A stretch of 64,000 bases of DNA. It comes from an uncultured Verrucomicrobiota bacterium. Its GTDB lineage: Bacteria; Verrucomicrobiota; Verrucomicrobiia; Limisphaerales; UBA9464. The translations under genes and the position numbers were made by a program. Shown here one piece after another: positions 19,001 through 26,628 of the stretch. The stretch spans positions 6,659 through 70,658 of the forward strand of contig CAITXU010000203.1 in assembly GCA_903896505.1 (NCBI GenBank), in the 5' to 3' direction. The notes below the pieces were generated by a model. That model did not search any database, was not told where the DNA came from, and saw nothing but the letters and a program-made list of their open reading frames with translations. Every line of letters begins with the position of its first letter. Position 1 is the stretch's first letter.

Positions 19001-20103
19001 GCTGTCCCGACGGTTTCGCCAAACTAATCTTCCGGTCATGGAATGACGGTGCCGCTTGTGAGCATGTTAATCCGGCGGTGGATACGACGGCCACACGCCA
19101 TGACGGGCTTTGTCCCAGCGGTCAATTCCTGGACATCGGTACCGGCTACTGCTGGAGCTGTCCTGACGGCTTCAACCGGACGATTTTCCCGATTGGTGGC
19201 GACGCGGCCTGCCAAAAGTCCATTCCCGCCATCAATTCCGGAGCCTCCCGCCATGATGGTCTTTGCCCCAATGGACAATTTTTGGATATTGGAACTGGCT
19301 ATTGCTGGAGTTGCCCCGGTGGTTATAGCCGCACGGTGTTTCCGATAGGCGGAGGCGCCGCTTGTCAGACGGTGATCCCGGCAGTCGACACCAGTGCCAC
19401 GCGGCACGACGGTCTGTGTCCCAGTGGACAGTTCTGGGATATCGGGACCGGCTACTGCTGGAGTTGTCCGCCTGGGTACAAGCGAACCATCTTCGTCATC
19501 GGCGGATCCACCGCTTGTGAACAGGTGATTCCAGCGGTTTCCACGACGGCCACCAAGTTCGGGAAATATTTTTGTGCCGATCGCGGTCCAGACTGGTTTC
19601 TGGATATCGGCAGAAACGAGTGCTGGTCGTGCAACGGATGGACCCGAAACCTGAATCCAGTGGACAGCCCGGAAGCCTGCACAGGGCCGCAGGCCGCCTT
19701 TGGGGACCAGGTCATCGATCCGCTGTGGCTCCGACCCGATAAGGAGCGGGTGTATTCGCGAGGTCAGCGCACCACGGTGGCGATCAGTTTTTGGGGAGGT
19801 CATCCCAAGAACGTTTTTGGAACGGTCAAAAACCGCCAGCTCGACGCCCTGCCAACGTTCCTGGAGGTGCAGCTCCTCACCGGATCAGAGTGGAAGACGG
19901 TCAGGACGGACGCGGACTGGGATACGACCTTTGAGTGGACCCGGGTGGGCATTGCCGCTTCCTCTCTCAAGGTGACATGGGCCTTGGGCTCGGACGCTGC
20001 CTTGGGCATCTACCGGATCGTCCACCGCGGGTTCTCTCTCGATACCTTTGGAAATATAAGTCCTTATCAAGGCAATTCACCGACCTTCCAAGTGGTGCCC
20101 TAG
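16066..20103 (+). CDS. Exported neutral/alkaline ceramidase with N-terminal YYRV/TSP3-like module and a 9-repeat Cys-rich insertion
   Basis: Catalytic-domain motifs 'RAFIVAG...RVAFVVVDTG', 'VLSATHTHGGAGGH', 'NWFPVHGVS' and 'ANDYSGYITT'. C-terminal domain 'FGDQVIDP...ISFWGGHPKN...GIYRIVHRG'. The start is uncertain: the ORF opens at 15991 inside the repeat, and ATG 16066 or 16156 precedes the hydrophobic 'MVLLALIIWAGVG'. Confidence 0.88.
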   Translation: MLGSDLCGFWSSNCGRILKRELFGADALKGMVLLALIIWAGVGKTLAEGFRITDVTRIDGRVIIHHESSSEYYHILERMDLRAGVATPIELEPGTPLTGSLGDPNPPSAAGYYRVLRVPNDNPGDIDHDGIDDLYERNHPPLDAFNPKDAVQLSPITGRKYIDDYELDGSNVALYPYLVGRGMHDVTGPAADGGMMGYAESKQKSAGLHDRQWARAFIVAGRQPGDKRVAFVVVDTGQLFHSITQGVLDRIQADDELKDYYSAENIVLSATHTHGGAGGHSHHVLYNISIGGFAWQTYDAIVHGIYMSIKKAHRDLAPGRIALNEGHLDNANENRQAKGFLQNIEVTHPDLGNPFGNDNRDTEMLCLRFEHVNHQEIGMLNWFPVHGVSFSKDNHLLTGDNKGLAAYLFERQMGTYYPGHGSETKSSGFVAGFANSNPGDLTANRRTLEPGWPANGKDDERRATQIGTRQYEKSMSLYKGTEGIPERVFGSVDFRHAYISFADLKVNPPKLYPYNVPGVGFAGSSSKPPWQTYIGALGIDFAKGTLDGEGASQFFVDAFRLVTGIVTDPATAEFSYYHYPKDIALTTGTTAIEGMTWTPQVLPVSILRIGNLAILAVPGEFTSMAGSRLRKTVESILGPDTHTVIAGLANDYSGYITTYEEYFYQSPGETGLLEQGYEAGSTQFGAFTLAGYQTKFTELARAMAAGDKVRTLPMPRTDPPGLFVLKAADPLLDLPPLPQARPAEYKGKAGCPDGQFWDISTGSCWSCPEGYNRTIFAIDGATACEKPAQSVFSSATEHGRAGCGPGQFFDIFTGACWSCPEGYNRTIFPVDGGAACELPAQTVNASATKHGQAGCGPGQFFDLLTGACWSCPDGYNRTIFPVDGAAACEKPAQTVNARATEHGQAGCGPGQFFDIFTGACWSCPDGYNRTIFPVTGGAACEKPAYSDYAAALSTRGSGFFGTDCPAGYVFDFILGRCYRCPDGFAKLIFRSWNDGAACEHVNPAVDTTATRHDGLCPSGQFLDIGTGYCWSCPDGFNRTIFPIGGDAACQKSIPAINSGASRHDGLCPNGQFLDIGTGYCWSCPGGYSRTVFPIGGGAACQTVIPAVDTSATRHDGLCPSGQFWDIGTGYCWSCPPGYKRTIFVIGGSTACEQVIPAVSTTATKFGKYFCADRGPDWFLDIGRNECWSCNGWTRNLNPVDSPEACTGPQAAFGDQVIDPLWLRPDKERVYSRGQRTTVAISFWGGHPKNVFGTVKNRQLDALPTFLEVQLLTGSEWKTVRTDADWDTTFEWTRVGIAASSLKVTWALGSDAALGIYRIVHRGFSLDTFGNISPYQGNSPTFQVVP
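18316..19680 (+). repeat. Nine in-frame tandem repeats of 156 nt (52 aa), 4 Cys each
   Basis: The unit 'C(G/P)xGQF(F/W/L)DxxTGxCWSCPxGYNRTIFPxxGxxACExPAxxVxxxATxHG' runs from the first Cys codon at 18316 to the last at 19678-19680. The period was checked from the Cys codons at 18316, 18472 and 18628. Repeats 5 and 9 are degenerate. Confidence 0.9.
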
Positions 20104-20165
20104 TGTCGTGTTTCCGAAATAGCTTACAGTTTGCCGCAAGGGATTTTCGGCAACACGGCACTCGA

Positions 20166-21872
20166 ATGAAAAAGACTCTGTTTCGTCCCTTCCAATGGCC
20201 CGGGTGGTTGGACCGCTTCGTTTCGGTGTTGGCCTTGGTGCTGACGTTTTCCAACTCTGCAGCAGTGGCTCGCGCCGCCGATTCAACCGAGTCAGCATCC
20301 AATCCCACCGAGGTCACGGCGGTTATTTTTTCGGACTTTTTCTCCCCGGCATGCGCGGAGGTGAATGGGCTCTTGGATGAACTGGCCAAATCGAGGCACG
20401 TCACCATTCAGAAGCTCTTCAAGCATGCCCCGTCGGATACGTCCGCCTTGCCCGCTCATGAGGCCGCGCTGGCCGCCGGTGCTCAGGGTAAGTTTCAGGA
20501 GATGCACGATCTCCTGTTCAAACAATCGAGACCGGCCGGTAGCGCTTTGCTTCGTCTGGCCAAAACACTCGATCTCGACCTGAAGCAGTTCGAAACCGCC
20601 CTGGACGAACGTGAGTTCAGACACATTGTGATTCGCGATATTTCAGAGGCACGCGGATTCGGTGTTCACGTGACGCCCACCGTGTTTTTGAACGGAACCA
20701 GGGTTCAGGGATTGGATGAGCTCAAATCCCTGGTCCGAACCCCGGCACCTCCTGCCGCTCCTGCCTGGGAAGACACGCCCGTCGAAAAGCTCGCGTTAAA
20801 CTTTGAGGGTTCCCCGACAAGCGGGCCCAGCAACGCTCCCATCACCATCGTGGAGTTCACCGATTTCCGTTGCGGCTTCTGCCGGATTAATTCCCGGGTC
20901 ATCACGGAGCTGGTGGCGGCATTTCCCGGTCGGATTTATCGAGTGTTTAAAAACTACCCGATTGAGCCGGAGGGTGCCGGCATGCGGTCCCACGTCGCCG
21001 CACTGGGTGCGCTGGACCAGGGGAAGTTCTGGGAGATGCACCAATCGATCATGGCACGGCCGCTGGAGCCTGGGGACGATTTGTTTGATCGAGCCAAGTC
21101 CATGGGAATTGATCTCACCCTCTTTCAAAAAAGCCTCAATGACCCGGCAAAGCGGGCAATCCTGCGGCGCGACGTCGCCGAGGGGGAACAACTTGGAATC
21201 CGGGCCACGCCAACCACCTTCCTGAACGGAAAGCGATTGGTGGGCAGGCAATCCCTGGAGACTCTGAAGCAACATGTCGATGAACTCCTTGGCTCTCAGG
21301 CCGTCTTCACGGGGCAGGGGGATGAATCGCCGACCAGTCTTGGCGATTTGCAGGCACCCGAGCATATCGAGGCCTTCATTGACCTTGGGCATCCAGACAG
21401 CGCGGCGTGGGTTGCTCTTCTTAGAGACCTCGTCAGGGAACGACCGAGTGTCAGGGTTCAGTTCCGGCATTTTCCCAAGTCGGGTGATCTGGCCAGTCTT
21501 CAAATTCACGAGGCCGCGATGGCAGCGTCGGAGCAGAATCAGTTCTGGGAGATGTGTGATCAGCTTCTCGTCCTCAAAGCTCCAACGGAACCTGGAACGT
21601 TGAACGGCGTCGCCGGGAACCTGGGCCTGGATACCGTTCGGTTCGCGTCCGCCTTGAGCGGGCATCGATACAGGGGACGAATCGAAGCTGATGTTGCTGA
21701 AGGCCGACAAAGAGGCCTCCAAGGGCCGTCCTTTTTCCTGAATGGCGAGCAGTTCAAGGAACTACCAACCCTTTCAAGCATTGCCTATCGACTGGATCAG
21801 AGGGCTTGTTGTGGCAGGCCAACTATTCCCGACTCGCCACCACCCGGTGTGAAGGCTGCTGTTGTTAGATAA
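20166..21872 (+). CDS. Exported protein with three tandem DsbA-like thioredoxin-fold domains (only the middle one keeps CxxC)
   Basis: The ATG at 20166 gives a signal peptide 'MKKTLFRPFQWPGWLDRFVSVLALVLTFSNSAAVARA'. D1: 'FSDFFSPACAE ... VHVTPTVFLNG'. D2: 'FTDFRCGFCR ... IRATPTTFLNG'. D3: 'FIDLGHPDSAAW ... LQGPSFFLNG'. Each domain has a '(K/N)(F/Q)(Q/W)EMH/C' helix. Confidence 0.85.
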   Translation: MKKTLFRPFQWPGWLDRFVSVLALVLTFSNSAAVARAADSTESASNPTEVTAVIFSDFFSPACAEVNGLLDELAKSRHVTIQKLFKHAPSDTSALPAHEAALAAGAQGKFQEMHDLLFKQSRPAGSALLRLAKTLDLDLKQFETALDEREFRHIVIRDISEARGFGVHVTPTVFLNGTRVQGLDELKSLVRTPAPPAAPAWEDTPVEKLALNFEGSPTSGPSNAPITIVEFTDFRCGFCRINSRVITELVAAFPGRIYRVFKNYPIEPEGAGMRSHVAALGALDQGKFWEMHQSIMARPLEPGDDLFDRAKSMGIDLTLFQKSLNDPAKRAILRRDVAEGEQLGIRATPTTFLNGKRLVGRQSLETLKQHVDELLGSQAVFTGQGDESPTSLGDLQAPEHIEAFIDLGHPDSAAWVALLRDLVRERPSVRVQFRHFPKSGDLASLQIHEAAMAASEQNQFWEMCDQLLVLKAPTEPGTLNGVAGNLGLDTVRFASALSGHRYRGRIEADVAEGRQRGLQGPSFFLNGEQFKELPTLSSIAYRLDQRACCGRPTIPDSPPPGVKAAVVR

Positions 21873-21933
21873 ACTGGCGGTTTGTACTTCCTTTCACGCG
21901 CGCTGCTTTTTGCCGTCTCTCTATGAACCACCG

Positions 21934-22440
21934 ATGATGCCCTACGAAATCCGAGAGACGACGACTGAGGCGATCCGCACGGCGGTCATCCGAAGCCGTG
22001 TCGCGCCTGGGGACCTTTCGAAGTTTGTTCCCGCTGCGTGCGGCGAGGTCTGGTCGTTCATTCGTTCTGCACATTTACCACGTCCAGGACGCCACACGGC
22101 TCTCTATCTGGATGGGGGGTGGGTTGAGGTCGGGGCGGAGGTTTCGGAGCCATTTCCCGGCAATGACCGCGTTCATTGCTCACAATTGCCTGCCGGTCGC
22201 GTCGTCGCCACCACCCACTTTGGACCGTATGCGCGCCTCGGTGACGCTCATTCCGAGGTTCGTCGTTGGTGTGCCTACCACGAACATCGGCTCTCCGGTA
22301 TTTGCTGGGAGATTTACGGCCACTGGGACGAACATTGGAACTCCGATCCAACGAAGATACGCACCGATTTATTCCACCTGCTCGACAACTCATCCAAGTC
22401 CGCAAAAGTCCCCTTCGATTGCCAACCTCCATGGAGATGA
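21934..22440 (+). CDS. GyrI-like small-molecule-binding domain protein
   Basis: About 168 aa from the ATG at 21934 ('MMPYEIRETT...'). The pattern 'VATTHFGPYARLGDAHSEVRRWC...ICWEIY' fits the GyrI-like/AraC effector-binding fold. The ORF opens at 21862. Confidence 0.6.
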   Translation: MMPYEIRETTTEAIRTAVIRSRVAPGDLSKFVPAACGEVWSFIRSAHLPRPGRHTALYLDGGWVEVGAEVSEPFPGNDRVHCSQLPAGRVVATTHFGPYARLGDAHSEVRRWCAYHEHRLSGICWEIYGHWDEHWNSDPTKIRTDLFHLLDNSSKSAKVPFDCQPPWR

Positions 22441-22646
22441 TCATAAGTCCACGGGCATCTAACGGTCGGTTTTGGCGAACCGCCATGAGATTAAGGTTTC
22501 CATTCTACCATAGGTGGATGGCGGTAATTCTCGCGCAATGGCAGGTGGGGGATTCAGGATCGGCATATGAGCGTATTCCATCATCAATTCCGTAGAACCC
22601 ATTTTATGTTCTTGTTGGGCTCATCGCTGTTTTCAGTGCACTCACT

Positions 22647-22952
22647 TTGGGTATCTTGATGCGGCAGTCACCGTCGGACTGGCGCGACAATCACAATTTT
22701 TCAGCCACGGCGCTGGTTGCTTCCGGTCCGTTTATTGGAGCGATTGCCCGGCCGTCTCAGGCGAGTTGCGTGGCATTCTCCTGGGCACTGCTTCCCTACT
22801 GCGCGGGCATTCTTCTGATGGGAGTTATACCTCAGTTTGTCCAATTACCGTTCAAACGAGGCGCCAGCACGGTCCAGTTAGTGTTCTGGGTGCTGGGCTG
22901 GTTGGGATGGCTTGGAGGTGGTTTCGTGTCCCTGATATATGCGTTGTCATAA
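22647..22952 (+). CDS. Hypothetical small membrane protein
   Basis: Non-ATG start. Hydrophobic stretches 'ALLPYCAGILLMGVIPQF' and 'LVFWVLGWLGWLGGGFVSLIYAL'. It lies in a lower-GC region with no recognisable family. Confidence 0.3.
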   Translation: MGILMRQSPSDWRDNHNFSATALVASGPFIGAIARPSQASCVAFSWALLPYCAGILLMGVIPQFVQLPFKRGASTVQLVFWVLGWLGWLGGGFVSLIYALS

Positions 22953-23128
22953 CCCTGTCGACTACGCCGCAGGTGCGAGAAAATGTCCCACTTGATCATT
23001 TTCGCGCGCCGGCAAGGCAACGATTCGCTTTCGGCATGACGTCGTCACCTTTCGGGCTGGGGCTTCCAGTTCATTGCGGGACCAACCGCTGCGAATCGAG
23101 ACCGTGGGTGACCGATCCGATCCATCTC

Positions 23129-26100
23129 TCACGGCCAGATCCGCACTCGGTAGAAGCGTTTGTCCTGTGTCGGGAGTGGGTCTGTAAACTGTACTTGACC
23201 GTTCACAACCACGTTCGTGCTGATCGGATCCCAATGCCTTAGGTCGGACGAGGCGTCGATCACGAAGCTCGTTCCATTCTGGCCGGGGAATTGGAACTGC
23301 ATGGTGCCATTGCCGACAGTGAAGGTGGGCACCCCTAAGGCCAGTTGAATGACGGAGATATTGACTGCCGCCGAGGTCGTCGTAGCGCCGAGATTGTCCG
23401 TGGCGCGCGCACTCAGGATGTGCGGGCCAAAATCTGGATTTCTCCAGAGGAGACCGAAGGGTGACACCGTGGTCTCACCGAGCTTCACGTCCCCGTCGAA
23501 GAACTCGACCTTGGCCACGGACCCGTCGGTATCGGAAGCAATGGCCTGAAGGCCAACGGTTCCCGGTGAAACGTAGGAGTCGCCCTTGGCGGGAGCGGTG
23601 AGAGCAATCTGGGGTGGCGCATTGAGCGGAGCTACGGTGCCAATCGCCCGGACTTTATCAATGGTCGCGACGTTGACCGCAGAGTTGTTGTGAGCGGTGA
23701 GCGCGATGCCGACATAGACTTTGGTTGGCAGTGTCGGTGAAAAGGTGATGGAATCCACCTTGGACCAGGTCGAACCATTGGGGGAGACGTACCCGGTGAC
23801 AGTGTTGCCTGCGCGAACCAATCGGACCCAATACGGTGCTGCTGCTCCAGGCCCGCCGGTGTGATCGCTTCCACCTCCGGTCGTGGCGCGGCGTTGGAAG
23901 GCTGTGCCATTTCCAGGCGTTACGGCCATGATCGCATGGCGCGAGTCGGCTTGAAGCGTTTCACGGACCATGACGCCAGCCTTGGCCCATCCGTCGGTGT
24001 TATCGAGGGTATTGACCCGGGCAATCAGTTCGCCGTCGCCGGGCAGTGGTTGATAGACGTAATGAAAGGCGTCGGCATTGCCCCAGATATCGTCGCCGCT
24101 CGCACTGACGGTCAGCGTGCCGCCGACGTAACTCGCGTCACCTGGCGTGCCGACGGCACCAATATCCGTGTGCAACCAGGGTGACGGAATCGAGTCGGGC
24201 ACCGACGGCAGAGAGGAGATCCATTCGGTCAACACCGCAACGGCGGCGGTGTCCACGACGTTCCTGGCCAACGGCGGCATCCGGATCGCAGGGTCCACAC
24301 TGTTAGCGCGCTGAAGCAGGATGGACTTCTCGGGATGCCCAGGGACGGCGACCTTCGCGCCAGCGATGCCGAGATTCTGCGAGACCGTGCCATTCAGGAT
24401 GCCTGCGCTCGCCAACGGTGTGTCGAAGCGCGCGTCCCAGAACGCCCGGACGCCGCCGGGCCGGTGGCAGTGGGCGCAGTTGGCGTCGAGATACGAGCGG
24501 GCCCGCAGTTCCAGGTCTGCGGCAGTGTTCGCGACGGAAACGAGTTGGTTATAGGATGCGATGTCGGTTTCGTTCAGCGCGGGAGAAAGGAGGCCGATGT
24601 GATTCCACGCACGAAGCTGGTTGTCCGTGACTCCGTTGGCGTAGTGGAAGTTGCCATTGGACTGGCGGGTCTTCACGCCAAGGACGCCCTTGGCAGCTGT
24701 CGTATGACACTGGAGACATTCGCTGCGACTCGGGTAATGCCACGTCTGGACTCGGGAACCACCAGCCGTCTGGATGACAATATTCTCGTCGAGGTTGTTG
24801 ACGAGAAGGTCGGCGTCGCTGTTGTCGGGCCGCCACTTGTAGGTCGCGCCGAAGACGGTCCCATTCGTGTCGCGGACGAGCAGACGGGTTTCGAGCCGTC
24901 GTCGCCCGCCGATGCTGCTCGTCTCGTTGGTCACCAATTCAAAGTGCTTCACCCAGAAACTTCCGGCGGGAAAGGTCCACTCCCCGGTTGGCGCGAAACC
25001 GATGGTGCCGTTGGTCGGAATGCTCATCCAGCGGCTCTTCACCGCGGCGTCGGACCAAAGCGGGGAATTGACTGTGTAAGGGATCAGCGCGTCTGAGGGC
25101 GTGAGCGCAGCAGTGTCGGTAAACGCGCCGGTCTGCGAGAGCAGCGGCGGAAAATCGCGAGCGGGTTCTGGCGGTGGACCCGAGCGTTTGAGCTTGAAGA
25201 TCTGTCCGCCGAGATTGCCCATCTGGCAGAGGTAAAGTTCGCCGGACGCGTCGGTACCAAAGGAGGACAAGCCCGTGTAGTCGGCACCGGAATTGAAACC
25301 GGGTCCTTTGGGAAGCACACAGAGGAGTGTCTTGCGGGCGGGCACGCTCGTTTCGTCCAGGGCCCAGATTTTGCCCTGCACGTTGTCGCCGAAGATGTAG
25401 CGACCGCCGAGATCGGTCGCGAACTCGCTGCCGCGATACACATAACCGCCGATGACGGCCTGGCCTTCGTCGTGGCCATAGTCCAGGATGGGCCGCTTGT
25501 TCACGCCGATGTAGGGCTGGGAAAGATCCCCGTTCAGGCCCTCGATCCGGCTCCACTGGAAATTCAATCCCCTCGTTTCGGTCGGCTCGATCACGTCGAT
25601 CTCCTCGCGGGAACCCGCTCCGACGTCGCCAATGAAGATGCGTCCGCTTGGCGGATCAATCGTCATCCGGTGCGGACTCCGCAGACCCAGACCGTAAAAC
25701 TCTTCCAGGACGTCGGCTTGTCCTACGAACGGGTTGTCATTCGGGATGTAATAGTTTGCGGTCGAGCCATTGGCTGGCTGCTTCTTGATCGGATGGCTGA
25801 TATCGCCGCCGCGCTGGTCGACGTCGATACGAAAGACTCCGGAGAGCAGGTTCTGGTTGATGATCTGGGTCGGACCGGATTCGTCGTCACCGTCGGTCCA
25901 GTAGAGAAAGCCATTGCCCGGATGGAAGAACAGGCCGCCGCCATTGTGCCAGACGCTGCTGGCAGACTGGTCGACCAGGACCAATTCGGAGTTCGGCGAG
26001 GCGATGCCATTGGCATCCAGGGTGAAGCGGGATAATCGGTCGTGATACGCGTCGGTCTTAAACGTCGGCGGACGAACCTGCGGACTGCCAACGACCGTTC

Positions 26101-26524
26101 CCGGGATTACCCATGTGTAGTAGATGAAAACGTAGCGGTTGGTGGCAAAGCCTGGATGAAATGCCAGGCCGAGCAACCCGGAATCATCCCATCCCTGGCA
26201 ACGGTTGCGGATGTCGAGCATCAGCGTCTTTGCGGTGGTGTTTGACACATTGGCAAACGACCAGACGCGCCCCTCGCGTTCCCAGACCACCAGATTGCTG
26301 GTTCCAGGCACGAATGTCAGACCCAGGGCGTTGGTAAACCGAAGGTTGCTGAACGCCGGCACGGTCGACCAGTTTCCCGAAATGGCCGGCGCCGCCGAAG
26401 GGAGTTTGCCGTTCAGGAAGGGTCCGACTGCCGGTCGCGCGGTCAGACCGTACGGGGCGGCCATGATTCGCCCTGAAATCAAAAGGCCAAGGGCCAGTGC
26501 AATCCATGTCCTGAGGTGCGTCAT
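23129..26524 (-). CDS. Exported multidomain protein: sugar-dehydrogenase-like propeller + di-CxxCH module + LamG/ConA-like + Ig-like + RFYR C-terminal domain
   Basis: Signal peptide from the ATG at 26524 ('MTHLRTWIALALGLLISGRIMAAP'); the ORF reaches a TTG at 26563. Propeller: 'GLLGLAFHPGF' and 'VWHNGGGLFFHPGNGFLYWTDGDD'. Two haem-c motifs, 'CLQCHT' and 'CAHCHRPGG', sit within an 'LSQTGAF...PLWSDAAVKSRW...LETRLLVR' block. A 'GDDIWGNADAFHYVYQPL...DGWAKAGVMVRE' ConA-like block follows. The protein ends 'DKRFYRVRIWP'. Confidence 0.85.
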   Translation of the reverse strand: MTHLRTWIALALGLLISGRIMAAPYGLTARPAVGPFLNGKLPSAAPAISGNWSTVPAFSNLRFTNALGLTFVPGTSNLVVWEREGRVWSFANVSNTTAKTLMLDIRNRCQGWDDSGLLGLAFHPGFATNRYVFIYYTWVIPGTVVGSPQVRPPTFKTDAYHDRLSRFTLDANGIASPNSELVLVDQSASSVWHNGGGLFFHPGNGFLYWTDGDDESGPTQIINQNLLSGVFRIDVDQRGGDISHPIKKQPANGSTANYYIPNDNPFVGQADVLEEFYGLGLRSPHRMTIDPPSGRIFIGDVGAGSREEIDVIEPTETRGLNFQWSRIEGLNGDLSQPYIGVNKRPILDYGHDEGQAVIGGYVYRGSEFATDLGGRYIFGDNVQGKIWALDETSVPARKTLLCVLPKGPGFNSGADYTGLSSFGTDASGELYLCQMGNLGGQIFKLKRSGPPPEPARDFPPLLSQTGAFTDTAALTPSDALIPYTVNSPLWSDAAVKSRWMSIPTNGTIGFAPTGEWTFPAGSFWVKHFELVTNETSSIGGRRRLETRLLVRDTNGTVFGATYKWRPDNSDADLLVNNLDENIVIQTAGGSRVQTWHYPSRSECLQCHTTAAKGVLGVKTRQSNGNFHYANGVTDNQLRAWNHIGLLSPALNETDIASYNQLVSVANTAADLELRARSYLDANCAHCHRPGGVRAFWDARFDTPLASAGILNGTVSQNLGIAGAKVAVPGHPEKSILLQRANSVDPAIRMPPLARNVVDTAAVAVLTEWISSLPSVPDSIPSPWLHTDIGAVGTPGDASYVGGTLTVSASGDDIWGNADAFHYVYQPLPGDGELIARVNTLDNTDGWAKAGVMVRETLQADSRHAIMAVTPGNGTAFQRRATTGGGSDHTGGPGAAAPYWVRLVRAGNTVTGYVSPNGSTWSKVDSITFSPTLPTKVYVGIALTAHNNSAVNVATIDKVRAIGTVAPLNAPPQIALTAPAKGDSYVSPGTVGLQAIASDTDGSVAKVEFFDGDVKLGETTVSPFGLLWRNPDFGPHILSARATDNLGATTTSAAVNISVIQLALGVPTFTVGNGTMQFQFPGQNGTSFVIDASSDLRHWDPISTNVVVNGQVQFTDPLPTQDKRFYRVRIWP

Positions 26525-26628
26525 AGGCTTATTGGGCGACGGAGGAAGCAGTTTCAATTCCAAGTTTGTGGCGTCGGTAACTTCAAAGTCAGCCGAAACC
26601 CCTCGTGGGGTTTCGAAGTGTCCGGTCT

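Noticed and set aside
18316-19680. Regular 156-nt tandem repeats as a possible CRISPR array or satellite
   Set aside because: The repeats are in frame inside a long ORF and encode a conserved Cys pattern. There are no spacer-like unique segments and no cas genes nearby.
22440-23129. Lower-GC 0.7-kb gap with several small ORFs (e.g. a 30-codon ORF at 22567-22659 abutting the 22647-22952 ORF) as a possible frameshifted membrane-protein gene or small-RNA locus
   Set aside because: I could not reconstruct a convincing continuous protein or any RNA-like structure. I kept only the 101-aa membrane ORF, at low confidence.
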